Source: Trichosphaerium sp. ATCC 40318
Taxonomy: Eukaryota; Protista; Tubulinea
Assembly (NCBI GenBank): GCA_038496445.1
Contig: JALMLS010000143.1
Coordinates: forward strand, 1 to 64,000
DNA length: 64,000 bases
Direction: 5' to 3'
The translations under genes and the position numbers were made by a program. This document shows positions 49,241 to 62,752 of this stretch, piece after piece. Under the pieces are notes generated by a model, which saw only the letters and a list, made by a program, of their open reading frames with translations, ran no database searches and was not told the DNA's origin. Each line of letters begins with the position of its first letter. Within the stretch, counting starts at the first letter, position 1.

Positions 49241-51212
49241 CTAATTGGCCGGAATACCTTGTAAAGGTATATCTTGAGCTCCATTTATTTGTGGTAAAGC
49301 TGAACCAATAGGAACTCCAACAGGTATCTCTTCTGGTGCTGCAGCATGATATGCAGCTGTTCCTGGCGTGTTTACATTTACAACAATTTCACTATCTCCT
49401 TTTGGACGACAAATGTATGCAACCACTACAATTGCAATGATGATACCAATGACAACGAGGATAATGATAAATATAACAAGTATTATACCAACAGAGAGAC
49501 CACTTGGTGCGGTAGCTGCAGCAGCAGTTGGTTCGATTGTAGGCTAAAAATAGAATTAATCACGTGATATTGTTTGATTTTCGTAAAATTTTTCGTAAAT
49601 ACGTACCGCAACTGTTGGAATTATAGAAGCGTTTGTTGGAGCTTCGGTTGGAGTTTCAGTTGGTGATTGGGTTGTTGGTGGTTGAGTTGTTGGTGGTTGA
49701 GTTGTTGGCGGTTGTGTTGTTGGAGCTATTGTAGGTGGTGGAGTCGGTGGGGTGATTGCTACACCAACTACGAAGGTTTGAAATTGCGTATCTGTTGTTG
49801 TCATAAATCCAAGAGTATTGACTGTATCAGTGCCAAGAACAATATCTGCGTCACTATATTGTGTTCCAGAATACAGCGTAATATTATCTGACACTTGTAG
49901 AGAACTAGAAACTTATTAAATTTATAACCAAAAACTTTTTAAATACCTGTCAAGTGTTGCAAGAGTGTAAGATTTTATAGTACCAGTTGTACCATACGCT
50001 AGTACATATCCTAAGGAACTCGAATATGAACAAAACGGACCACCAGTGGTACTAGATGAAGCTGAGAGCTCAACCTCAGGACCGCTGGCACCTCCTCCGC
50101 CGCTTACTTTTTGTGCATTGATTGGATTCCCATTGTACAGAACTAAGAACTCGTTTTGAGTTCCATGTGCTACAACATTAGGGTTTGAATTTGCTCCTGA
50201 TCCAAATGAAAGTTCAATAATATTTGAAGTACCGTCATCACTAGTATGACGTCCTTCGACAAAATTCCTCTCTGTTTTCCATACAACAAAAAAGATCTTG
50301 GCAACTGAACTGTATGCTATTCTAGGATGGGTTGAAAAAGACACAGTGCCTGAAGATAATTGAAATTGTGTTGACACTGAACCATCCGTTGGATCAACAG
50401 TAGCGCCAAATACAAAGATATCTCCTTCTACACCAACACCAGTATCATGAGCAAGCCACACTACCATGTATTTCTTTGTATCACTATTATAAGCCGCTGC
50501 TGGAAACTTCGGAGTTCTGGTTGTACTAGGAGTGATATCAAAAGCTGTTTTTACTGTTGCTCCTTCGCTGTTTAACAAAATAGCTTCAATCTTATCCTAG
50601 AAACAGACCGTTAAGCTCAAGTTTGTACTTGAAAAGATTTTACGAGGGTGATACGTTTTGTGTAACGTAAAAAGGCTTAAGAACAAGATAATAAACACGT
50701 GCATAAAGCGTTTTGTTAAACATACCGCAATAATTGTTTTGTAAACGTATAAATACGATCCTTCGCCATTTCCGACGATCTCAGGGTCAATAATATCTGA
50801 TGCGCCATTTACGTCTAAAGAAAATGTATCTTTCACTATCGTTCCATTGCTCGCGTAAATTCTGGCTTGGTATAACCTATGTATTGCGTTGTAAGACATC
50901 GCGAAGGGATTCAGCAGTGTTAGACTCACGGATTTGCAATAAATTCTCCAGAAACCACCCACGTGACCAAGTATCTATCATTGACGCCGTCATAAGCAAG
51001 CCCTGGGTTATTAGCACCTGAATAATCTCCGAAGGCTTCTGTAACGTTTAAAAGCTGTATATTTCCAAAAGCAAGCCCAAGTGTTATTGTGTACACGAGA
51101 AGGATGTATGATATAACGATTAGCCTACTAGGTAGTTAAAACGATATTACCTATCTTTGTCGGAGATTCTAAAATATACACTGCTTGTAAACAAGTACCT
51201 TGTTGATGTCAT
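49241..51212 (-). CDS. Type I membrane protein with beta-rich repeats, PTTQP mucin-like stalk, TM and short tail
   Basis: Signal peptide; repeats PAAAYNSDTKKYMVVW / PRIAYSSVAKIFFVVW / PNVVAHGTQNEFLVLY; (PTTQP)n at about 49660-49720; long Ile/Val TM ending VAYICRPK. Confidence 0.7.
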
Positions 51213-51442
51213 GGCGCTCAGTTTTTATTGTTGCCTCTGAAAGTAAGGCTATAAATTCAATCACAACTATACTTAATCAAAATACCTTTACTTATTATCG
51301 TACTTTTTGAAAGGAAATGAACGGAGTGATGATAAAATATACAACATAAAAACTCAGTCAACCCAAACTAGTGCAACAAATACCTTAACTGCGTGTGAGG
51401 CAGCTCTGTAGTATCTGTCTTTTAAATATGTTCTGATATAGG

Positions 51443-51695
51443 TTACACAGGAATGCTTTGAAAGGGAACACTTCATTTCTTCTGCGTATTTTTGAACTAA
51501 TAGATACACCAACAATTATTTTGTCTGGTGCGCGGCATTCCTGGTGTGTTTCATTTACACTAATTTCATAATCTCCTTTTGGACGGCAAATATATGCAAC
51601 CACTATTGCAATGATGATAACACAATGACACTAGGATACTAACTACAATGAAAAGTATGCCGACAAAGAAACCACTTGGTGCTACAACACTAGGC
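51443..51695 (-). pseudogene. Orphan, frameshifted copy of the last exon of the 49241-51212 gene
   Basis: Shares APSG, TM and VAYICRPKGD; has an acceptor site at 51696 but frameshifts and no recognisable upstream exons. Confidence 0.7.
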
Positions 51696-51924
51696 CTGAG
51701 TACAAACTAAAACAGATGTAATTTTTTACTCTGTTTAATAGTTCTGCAATGGCTGGTGTACTTCCTTATGGCAACTTACGTGATAAAATAGGTACAAAGA
51801 CAAATTTGACTATGCTTACACTGGCAAGGGAGAGTACACAGGCGAACAGAAACAAAGGTGAATTCAAAGATTCAGTGTAAATGCTGTTTTATTCAATGCA
51901 ACATCTACCACATTGTGCTTACTG

Positions 51925-53538
51925 TCATACCTTGTTTTGTGTGTTAAGAAAATAGGCAAAACTAATAGTCCTCCAGTCTATAGCATGTGCCATTGCTTTT
52001 TTACATTTGTGACTGACGAAATTACAGCCTGTTAGCTTAATCCAATGAACACCAACTAACGCCTTAACACCTTTATCTGTAACATTAGTATTCGAAAGAT
52101 CAATTGTATGAACGCCAACCAATGGTTTAACACCTCTGTCACTGATACAACTGTTAACACGAATCTTGTGTACTCCTGCCAAGGTTGCAACACCTTTATC
52201 TGTTACACTAGTACCCTTGAGATCAATTGTATGAACACCTGCTAATGCCATTACGCCTATGTCTCCCACCTTGGTCCCTTCAAGCACAATTGTATGAACA
52301 CCTCCTAAAGCTTTTATTCCTCTATTTGTCACTCTACTGCAAAAGCCTAGATTAATTGTATGAACTCCTGCTAATGCTTGGACACCTTTGTCTCCAACTT
52401 GGGTACTATATAGATCAATAATATGAACTCCTGCTAATGCTATAACACCCTGGTCTCCCACTTTAATGCGTCTAAGGTTGATTGTATGAACTCCTGCTAG
52501 AGCTTTAACACCCTTGTATCGCACCACAGTCCCTTCAAGCTGTATTGTATGAACACCTCCTAATACTTTTATCCCTTCATCTCCGACATCAGTATTTTTG
52601 AGATTAATTGTGTGAACTCCTGCTAACTCCTTTACACCGTAATCAGTTACGTTTGACATATGCAAATCAATTGTGTGAACTCCAGCCAAAGATTTTACGC
52701 CTTCATCTGTTATTCTATGACAATTTGCAAGATTAATCTTATGAACTCCTGCCAATGCTTTGATGCCTTCATCAGTTATTCTATGACAATTTGCAAGATT
52801 AATCTTATGAACTCCTGCTAATGCTTTGATGCCTTCATCTCCTACTTTAGTGGCAGCAAGATTAATTGTGTGTACACCTGCTAACTCCTTTACACCTTCA
52901 TTTCCTACTTGAGAACCAAATAGATCAATCGTATGTACTCCAGCTAATGCTGACATAGCTTGATTTGCTACTTTTTGCTTTACTGTACAAATCCCTGACT
53001 TTTCAAAATCTCCAATAATCCCAACTTTTGGGAGGTTAACAGTGTGAGATGTTGATAGCCATTTCATGCCCTTTATTGGTAAATGACATTCATCTAGTGT
53101 GATTGTGTGAAGACTAGATAGCTGTTCAAGGTGTTTTTCTTGAACAACAACGTTGTTTAAGGCAATCCCATAACTAATATTAAGTTTGGAAAAATCCAAA
53201 TTCTTCACGCAATTCTTTACGTCTGTTGAAAGATTAAGAATATACACATTCTGGAGATATCTTATCATATCTTTTTGTTTAAAGTCACGGTATGTTATCA
53301 CAATCTCATGTTTTCTTATAACTTGTGGTAAAGTCTTGAAAAGTCTTTTGAGTTTTTTTTTTGAGTCTATTATCACTTTTTTTGTTTCGACATGAAAGAA
53401 TCCAAAGTTTATCGCTATTTGTTCTAGATATTTCGATGTATGCGCTATAGACTCTATATCTACGAAAGAAAGGCTTTGGAGTATGATAACCAGGATTTCA
53501 ACGGGAACTTCATCAAAGAATGCTGTGTCTTGGTCCAT
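51925..53538 (-). CDS. Intronless F-box + LRR (LAGVHTIxL repeat) protein
   Basis: 537-aa ORF; FDEVPVEILVIILQSLSFVDIESIAHTSK F-box; about 14 repeats of 22-24 aa V(G/T)DxG(V/I)KALAGVHTIxL. Confidence 0.9.
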   Translation of the reverse strand: MDQDTAFFDEVPVEILVIILQSLSFVDIESIAHTSKYLEQIAINFGFFHVETKKVIIDSKKKLKRLFKTLPQVIRKHEIVITYRDFKQKDMIRYLQNVYILNLSTDVKNCVKNLDFSKLNISYGIALNNVVVQEKHLEQLSSLHTITLDECHLPIKGMKWLSTSHTVNLPKVGIIGDFEKSGICTVKQKVANQAMSALAGVHTIDLFGSQVGNEGVKELAGVHTINLAATKVGDEGIKALAGVHKINLANCHRITDEGIKALAGVHKINLANCHRITDEGVKSLAGVHTIDLHMSNVTDYGVKELAGVHTINLKNTDVGDEGIKVLGGVHTIQLEGTVVRYKGVKALAGVHTINLRRIKVGDQGVIALAGVHIIDLYSTQVGDKGVQALAGVHTINLGFCSRVTNRGIKALGGVHTIVLEGTKVGDIGVMALAGVHTIDLKGTSVTDKGVATLAGVHKIRVNSCISDRGVKPLVGVHTIDLSNTNVTDKGVKALVGVHWIKLTGCNFVSHKCKKAMAHAIDWRTISFAYFLNTQNKV

Positions 53539-54140
53539 TGTTTAAGTATCTAAAAAAGTGGGAAGCGTGCTCAATATTAACAATAGTTAGTTTTCATGTA
53601 ACAAACATGACTTTTAATGACTTTTCAAGGGTAATCGCAGGCTCAAGTGTTGTCGGTGTGTCATAGGTTCAAGTGTTGTAGGAGGTTACGATAATGATTG
53701 AACATGATGTACATTTCAAGCTGGCGTTTGAACACAGAGGACCAACCAACGAAATGACCGTCAACATACAAGCAGTCGCTACAATTGCAAGCAGATAAAA
53801 TCCACGTGGTGGAAACTTAGCTTTCTAACAATGGTGTGTACCACAATTAATAAACCTGAGTACAAATCTACCGCTACTCACAATTTTGTAATGTAGGTAG
53901 AAAGACTCTTAGTGCCCTGTTCATTGATACTATCCGTTCTAAACAAAGTTGATTTTTTTCAAAACGAATTTCCAGTTTTGTAGTTGCGATCGTGCTATGT
54001 AAACCACACACTCGCTCTGCACTTCAGCCTCAAGGACATATTTTTTCCTTTCCCCCCAAGACTGTCTATGTTGCTTCTTGGCGGTCAACGGACTAGTCTA
54101 ACAGAAATCGTAACGTAAGAGTGTTTTTATTCTCTTTAAG

Positions 54141-57100
54141 TTATGGGTTTGCCTTTCGATCTTCTGCGTACATATTGAAGGGTAGCACCTTTCTTTTAAC
54201 AGATGGTACTAGCATCACAATCATAATAGCAACCACAACAACAAGGAATACAGATATCGTGACAACAGAAATACCAATGATTGCTCCTGTTGATAGTTTT
54301 GATCCATCATCTTCCGTCGTTTCAGAGCACGTGGAAAGTGATGAGAATATTCTCATTAAAGTTGAATCATCTTGAATGTTTTTAATGGACAGCAATACAC
54401 AGTAACACGTACCATTTAGAGTGGTACACTTGGTGTTGATTATCGCTGTATCACCAATGGTTATGTTGCAATTCAAAGATCGAATTTCAAAAATATCAGA
54501 GGATTGTTTTGATTCGCTTGTGATTGTTATATTTCCATTCAAATTAACGCACCCGTGAACTATCATATTATTTTCACTGCTGGACTGAAGCAAAGTTCCA
54601 GTGGGTAAAGAGAAATCTCCTAAGAAACGTTATGTTTGTAAAAAATATCTCTTAGATACCTTCAATAACAATATTGTTCGCAACTACTAGACTATCTTCA
54701 ACGGTAACATCATTGGGTATTGTAATAGGAAGGTTTAAGCACATTACAGTACAATCGATGCCCACAATTGTTGAGCATGTACTTAGTGACTCATCGCAGA
54801 AATAATTATCTGCAAACATAGAACTATTATATTCTGTTAACTTGCTGTTTTAAACATACTTACCAATCACTGTCATTTGTCCTAAAGTTCTCTGCTGGAC
54901 ACCAAAATTTATTTCCACTGACACCCCTGTGCAAACAACATGTCATTAAATGAAAGAAACTAAAATGACTCACAGGCTGTTGATAGCTTCAAGGTATCCA
55001 GGTAATGGTCCATACAATTCATTGTTTGATAGATCGCTTTAACAACATAAGATGGATGATGTGAAGTGACACGTACAGCTTCGTTATATGATCTATATTG
55101 GTAATACGTGGTAGTTCTCCAGATAAAGAATTATTTCTCAAATTCAAATCTTCTACATTGAGTTGTAATAACCAAGCAGGAATAGATCCAGAAAAATTAT
55201 TCCGCATCAAATCTCTGTTTTTAATTGTTAGTACTCTAACTACACTGAAGTTACATACATTCTGGTATAATTTTTGTTCACGTTTCTGAAGTCTGGCAAT
55301 GGTCCAGAGAATTTATTGCCTCTCAACATCCTATTACACTCATCAGCGAAAAATGTACTAAAAGCAAAAGTACATTGTATGAGTGTGTCCGTTTATCAGA
55401 TGCTCAAGTCCACCAGTCAAATTATTATGAGCCAAGAACCTTTTGAACGTGTGTAAATTATAACATTAACTCTCTGATATAAACTACAACGTACACAGTA
55501 CTATAGTTTCCTATTACAGGTGGAATATCGCCACTGAGATTATTTTCTGGGATATGACTAAACAAAACATTTAGTTTGATGATGTTACAGAGTTAAACAT
55601 TACATTGCTATGTGATTTACATCTGGTATAGCAGCGTTTGGAAGGGCACCTGAGAATGAATTGTTCTTCAAAACCCTACACAATAGTCTTAAGTTTGTAG
55701 TATTTTACAGTGCTTCAATCGTACAAGAATGAGAATTTGTATATCCAATTAGGAAGATTGCCATCCAAGTTATTAAACGAAAGATCTCTTTAATGTGTTC
55801 CATTAGAGTACTTATACTCGCAACACAACGTACAAACGAGTCAAATTTTTCATATCTCCAAGAAAGTCCGGTAGCGGTCCGTCTAAATTACAATCGATAA
55901 GATCCCTAAAACACAACTCAGAGGTTTTTTACATCCAACGAACAAGCGTACAAAACCTTTAGATTTGTCAGATTGGCAAAGTGAGGAGGTATTCTACGTA
56001 AGTCTAGATGAGATAATTTCCTATCAAGAGGAGTAAGATACCAATAAAATATTCAAGGAGTTGTACAAAGTACGAAGGGCATTGAAAGTTGATGCGTGTA
56101 TTCGAGATATATTCAAGATTAATGCCTTAGCACCTGTTAAGTCCCTTGATAAATAAATTAAAGTGAATCAAACTGTTAAAGTGTTTAGTACAAATTCACT
56201 AATCCTGCGTCATAGATAGGTGCCGGTATAGTTCCTTCAATAAATGTATTTTTAAGAAACCTATGTACAAGGTGAGACAAAGAAAAGTCAAAATAATGAC
56301 TCACAGTCCTTGCAAATCGGAGGAGCTAGATACGTCAGGGATTTTGCCAGAAATTCCAGTATTTGATAGATCACTTAAGTACAATAAGTGTGAGGATGTT
56401 TACAGGAAGCTTACAGGGCTTCAAGTGAACCAGACAGCAGATTTGAAGGTATTGTACCAGTTAAATTTTGATGGTTTAGTATTTTCCTATGTGAGCATTA
56501 GAGGAGAAACAGTTTTTCATCATACAATTTCGTTAAGTTCGCAAGGTTAGCAATCGTTTGTGGGATAGATCCTGATAACTTTGAGTTTGAATTGCCTTCA
56601 ATATATCTAGTTGGTTGCGTTAAAAGAATTTAGTGAGGTCCGTAAATAGTCATACATTTCGTCCAAGTTACTCATTTTGTTAATGCAAGCTGGGATTTGT
56701 CCAGAAATACTAATTTTCAATTCTCTATGCATTTCGCTGTCAGTAATTTTTGTTGTTGTACATAGACGCACAAAAACACAAGTAATACAAGCTCACATAT
56801 ATCGTTTGTAAACGATCCTGATATCTCGCTACCCTCAAGCTTCCTTCGAAAGTGGAAAACTAAGCAAAAAAAAAAAAAAGAATTACAGTTCGAGAAGATT
56901 TCGTAAGTTTCCAGGTTTGAACAACCACGTGACTTTATCGCTTTTGATTTCCCTAAATAATTGTATCGTTTAGTACTTTTACTACAGTCAATCGTGTAAT
57001 TTCGTACAACTTCGTCAGCGTTTGGTTTAGACCGTCAAACGCGTTTGCAGGTAAGTTCAAATGTTTTGTAATATGTTCTAGACTCCTAACAAATTACAGT

Positions 57101-57339
57101 TAACTAAAATTTGCGTTCTATCTTTTACAATTCTACTATAGCGTCATTTTGATTGCATGTCACTTCACTGTGGTTACAAGGCTAAAAATGAAAAGGGTCA
57201 CGTGTTTTGGAACGGTAATCCATTTACGTACCGTAAAATTAGGCTCGTCAGCGTATGCTTCCGTCAGTAGCCTTTCAAATACGCTTTGAGCAAAAGTACA
57301 AGTACAAATCAATAACAGAATAATTACTGGTAGCCGCAT
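54141..57339 (-). CDS. LRR receptor-like type I membrane protein, copy A (about 23 exons)
   Basis: Signal peptide, Cys cap, plant-type LRRs (LxxNxLSGxIP), juxtamembrane beta domain, LSTGAIIGISV TM, tail PSVKRKVLPF; no kinase. Confidence 0.85.
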
Positions 57340-57423
57340 TTTTACTTCCAGCTAATTACTATTGGATTTATTGGGTATATGTACAAGTTGATGCAGCAGT
57401 ACAAGGACATTGGGTATTTCAAT

Positions 57424-60400
57424 CTAAGGCTTTTTGCATGCATTGTATTTAGATTGAGATATTGTTAGCCTTCGATCTTTTTCAAACATATTAAAAGGCA
57501 TAACCTTTCTTTTACATGATGGTACAAGCATCACAATCATAATAACAATCACAACAACTAATATAACTATAGAAACGACAGAAATACCAATGATTACTCC
57601 TGTTGATAGTCCTGATCCATCATCTTCCGTCGTTTCGGAGCACGTGGAAAGTGATGAGAATATTCGAATGAAAGTTGAATCATCTTGAGTGTTGTTAACG
57701 AACAGCAAAAGGCAATACCACGTACCATTTACTGTGGTACACTTAGCATCGATTGACGCTGTATCACCAACAGTTATGTTGCAATTCAGAGATAGAATTT
57801 TAAAAACATCATATTGAGACTTTTTAGCTTCATTTGTGATGGATATCTCTCCGTCTATATTCACACATCCCCGAACTGTAATGTTTAGTCCCGGTGTGTA
57901 CTTGAGAGAAGTTCCTGATGGTAAACTAAAATCACCTAGACTGTGTTAGTTAAATAAAACTTCTTTGATTTGCTATACCATCGACTGTAATATTGTTAGT
58001 AAGCACTAGCTCATCCATGACAGTAACATTATTGGGTATTACAACAGGAACGTTTAAACATACTCCGAGGCAATCTGATGGCCCTAACTTCGAACAGATG
58101 GTTGAATCCTCACAGAAGTAATTGCCCTTAAACTTTGAACTATCGTTTTGTAAGGTAGATTTGTAAAAACTAAAAAGTACCAATCATTTATGGAGAACTC
58201 TTCTGTTGGGCACCAAAATCTATTGTTACCGACATCCCTAAAATATACTTGTGAGCGCAGAGAAAGAAGCCTTAGTGTGACTCACAGATCATTGATGGTG
58301 TTGAGGTATCCAGGTAATGGTCCATACAATTCATTGTTTGATAAATCGCTTTAACAACATAAGATGGATGATGTGAAGTGACACGTACAGCTTCTTTATA
58401 TGAGAAATATTGGTATTACGCGGAAGTTCTCCTGATAAAGAATTATTGCTTAAATCCAAGTCTCCTACTTTGAGTTGTAATAACGAAGCAGGAATAGATC
58501 CAGAAAAATCATTATTGCTCAACTCTCTAATACGAGTTAGCAACTGACTAGAACCCAGTTACCAAAATTCATACATTTCCTTATACGATTTGTTTCCATT
58601 TGTAAAATCTGGTAAGGGTCCAGAGAACTTGTTGCCTGACAGTTGCCTATTAAAATAAGTATGTGCTTATAACCAGTTTTTTGTACATTTTTTTTGTTAT
58701 TCCATTTATTAGATTCTCGAGTCCACTGGAGAAGTTGTTATCTCTTAATAACCTAATTTACCATTAACTTACTAAGGTACATTCTTTGTGTGTACACTGA
58801 TTTATAGCTTCCTAGTATAGGTGGAATGTACCCTTCAAGACTGTTGTTTGAAAGGTGACTAGAACAATTGGTTAGCTGTTGCAACATAGGCGCCTTACAT
58901 TGCGTTGTGTATATCTATGGATCCAGTATCATTAGCTCTAGTAACAAGCGGGAGCTGTCCAAAGAAAAGATTATTGTCCAACTTTCTAATAGTAATCATG
59001 AGTACAGTATGGTTTCAAGTGAATTCTTGCAAAGAAATACAAGATACGCACATGAATTTTTTTGTGTAAATCCACTCTGGAAGTATTCCACTCAATCTAT
59101 TATCAAACAATTCTCTGTGGCGATCGTAAGAAAAAAAATCGTTCTGTTCAACGTACAAATGAGTCAAATTTTCCATATCTCCAAGAAAGTCCGGAAGTGG
59201 TCCCTCTAAATTACAATCGATAAGATCCCTAAAACACAACTCAGAGGTTTTTTTCATCCAACAAACAAGCGTACAGAAACTTTAGACTTGTTAGATTGGC
59301 AAAGTGAGGAGGTATTCTACCGTTCTCAACACCAGACAATTGTCTACTTGTATTAGTGCGGATGAGACCAACGAATAGCTGTACAAAGTATGGAGATTCT
59401 CAAAAGCTGGTGCGTCTATCAGCGTTAAGTTTAAACTGTTTGAGAGCCCTGATGATCCTCGGAGATTGCTGCATAGCCAAGTGTCAAAACGTATCACGTG
59501 TTTCAAATTAATCGTACAGAACAAACAAATCGTTGGTGTATAGTCCTTCTGGTATAGGTCCTCCCATATCCGGATTAAACGAGAGACTCCTATTCGGCTA
59601 TAAAAATAACATAGAAGACATAGACGACATACAGTGTATGTAATGTGGAAGCAACTGGTATCTCAGGAATTGTGCCATCGATTTTTGTGCCATCCAATTC
59701 ACTAGTAGAAATAAGACAATACATCATATGTGAGGTAATCTATTGTCAACGTACAATCGTTCTAATTTATCAAGCTGAATAAATATGTCTTGAGGTATTG
59801 TCCCAGTTAGTTGACTTTGTTCTTGTATGCTACTATCATGACTTGTGAGTGGTTTAAAACATTACTGGATGCGTTACAATGACGTAAGGTTTCTAAGTCG
59901 AGTTATTGAGCTTGGAATGACTCCGGTTAAGCCAGCTTCTTCTAATCCCGAAGGTTGATTTATAAAACTATCTGTTGTAAGATAAAGAAAAGGAACGATC
60001 GTAGTAGTTCAATCGTACAGTGTCTCCAGGCTAGTCATGTTTCCAATACACTCCGGAATTTGTCCTGAAATATTCATCACCAAAGTTCTTTGTGTCGTTA
60101 GTCGATGCAACCTGAAAGTGACTTACAAATGCACTAATGAATCCATTGCACATATATCTTGTGGTATAGATCCAGATATCTTTTGTCCATTCAGTTCTCT
60201 AGAAGAGTCTCAAAAAAATGTAAAAAAACAAAGTACATACAGTGTTTGTAGTTGTCGTAGGTTTTGGAAGGTTCCAGGCTCGAACGACCAGGTAACCAAG
60301 TCGCTGTTTATTGTCCTTGCAAAGTGTTAATTTCGAGAAGATTGAAAATAACGTACAAAACTTCCAAAGTAGTATTCAACTCGTCAAACGCGTTTGCGAG

Positions 60401-60686
60401 AATCTCTAAAGGCTGTTGGATACTTTCTAGGTGCCTAAGAATTTCGGTTAAACTAAACTAGATTCCTTCCCTTTGTACAATTCCATTATAGCGTCACTGG
60501 GATCGCATATCACAATACTACGGCTACATGGCTAAAAAAACGTATCAATTTTTTGGGAGGGTATTTCCGGCGGCGTACGCTAATATTAGGCTCATCTGGA
60601 TACAGTTTCATTAAAAGGCTTTCTAATAAGCTTTGAGCATAAGTAGAACAACAAATAACAAACAACACAATAATTATTGCTTTCAT
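57424..60686 (-). CDS. LRR receptor-like type I membrane protein, copy B
   Basis: MKAIIIVLFVICCSTYAQ signal; same exon series as copy A; tail PSCKRKVMPF. Stop lies only about 85 bp from the ATG of copy A. Confidence 0.85.
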
Positions 60687-60789
60687 TTCCACCGATACAA
60701 TAATAAGCGATGCTGCCTTGCTCCCCCTCTACTATCTGTGAAATAACGCCCTTTCAATTTAAGGAAACGCCCAATGAGGATGATGAGCA

Positions 60790-62550
60790 ACCACTTAATC
60801 ACTCCTGGTCAAAGGTTTGAAAAAAAAAAACTCCGGCCCATCGAGTCGTCATCAAAAAAGTCAACTTTTGTAAACCCAAAAATTGTGGATTTCACAATAA
60901 AGAATACGTAACTCCCCAATGTCGCAACAACGCCGTGGCTTTTCCAAGAGTTATGACAAACGCCCAAAGGAGCGCGTGTTGAAACGGTCAAACAGAGAAT
61001 CCATACAGTATGTACTTCATAACATCTGCGATACTGGCAACTAGTATTTCTTTGGGCTCCGATTTTGACAGCAGCATTGAAGCCTTACGGATTTACCTAT
61101 GTTGACTATCCCGTGTTAGACGTTTGGACTAAACTTTAAAAGCAACGTAACATTATTGGTATTGGAAAAGCCAAGACCCAATGGCATTTTTCACCTTCAA
61201 GTGGCATAATAAGATTGTTGAAAACTTGTTATTCACAAGCATATATGAACAACATCACACTGACCAAAAAATGGGATCACTACCCATATGACGAACTTCT
61301 CTGGCATAGTGATATGGCATGGGTTTATTGGAATACAGAATATTCACACATTGTGGAGCACAGGTGAAGCATAAATTTTATTTACTGGAAACAGGTTTGT
61401 TGCAACTTAATCACTACTTCAACATCTCTGCCAAAATGAAATTTGATGCTAACAGGGTACATTCATTTCTAGTGATTGTCTTGCGCCACATGGTACCAGG
61501 TTATTTCACTTGTGCTGATGAAATCTGTATTCCATCATAATATTTCAATTGCCATATCAAAACTCACAACACTAGAAACCATACGCATGGGCCATAGAAT
61601 TGAAGTGTCTCCATGATTCGAACTAGACATCTGATTGACTTATCAATGCTTTGTATAGCCTCATCTCACACCAAAAGTCCTTCTTTCATGTGCAAAATGG
61701 TCGAAAACAATTGGAAGGTGCCATTTTTACATGTGACTCTAATTTTTGTTCAGTCATGGATCTCAACAAGCCGGGGGAATTTGACTTAGACGCTACTTCA
61801 TCATGTAATACCAACCACTGTCAGTGGCCTTGAAGCAATCACTTGCAAAAAAAGTGCCTGTGATACACAAGATTGGCACCATTGGACAAAACTGTTGTTG
61901 TTGCAACAAATAACAATGAAATCGTAAAGTTGGACACTCTCTACTGTGTATGATGACAGTTCATTTGACAGTAGCAATAAAAGGTATGTTCAAAATAAAA
62001 ATGATCACACTACAAGGGAAATAGTGATCAATTTGGCCAGCTGGTCAAGTCCTATTGTACAGATAGGCGGTTCAAAAATGGAACATGACACTTCTTGTTG
62101 GTTGGTTTTACTACACCCTCAACTGCTTTATTCTGTATAAGTGTGGAGCCCTTACTCCCAAGGTTTTTTACAATTGCAACTGAATTGCTTCTCACAGGGA
62201 CAGGAAAATAACCTAATAAATTTGTGACAGTTTTTTTTGTGATTTTTCATGACGACTCCTTTGGCGGATACGCTTTTAGATAGTTTCCGAAATTGGATTT
62301 CGAGAATCTTTGAGACGAAAAATGTGAAAAAAAAAATTTGCGATAGCAAATTTCAATTCGTTTATGCTGGGAAAGTACTAAAAGGTTAAAGCAATTTTTG
62401 TTTGTTGGTTGGTTTATTCGATTAGGCAAGCTTAATTCAGGCGCAGTTCGCGTTACATTGTAGTACAACACAAGTCTAAAACTTGGATCTGCCCTGTCAA
62501 AGCACATTTTTTTTCACATTTTTTCGTCTCAAAGATTCTCGAAATCAAAG
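60790..62550 (+). mobile_element. Decayed piggyBac-like DNA transposon
   Basis: Across stops and frameshifts: VPGYFTCADEICIP...CHIKTHNT/KPYAWAIELKCLHDS and AIFTCDSNFCS, matching piggyBac motifs around the first two catalytic Asp residues (TIDE...KPxKYGIK..MCD; ITCDNWFTS). Ends not firmly defined. Confidence 0.65.
62296..62546. repeat. About 40-bp inverted repeat pair (62296-62334 / 62507-62546)
   Basis: gatttcgagaatctttgagacgaaaaatgtgaaaaaaaa and its reverse complement differ only by one base in an A-run. Confidence 0.85.
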
Positions 62551-62752
62551 TGATATTACTTTTTTTGCTAGTACTGTCTTCGGCTTAACAGTACTTTACA
62601 ATTGCTTTGGATAACACGGTGGATATATAACAAATTAAACCTTGGGATTGAGAGTGTGAAGAACAGCAGAAAAGCATAAAATGATGTTGAAAATCCAATA
62701 GAATAATTCGAATGAATACTGGTTGCTAGAGAGTACTTCGCCAAGTATAGTT

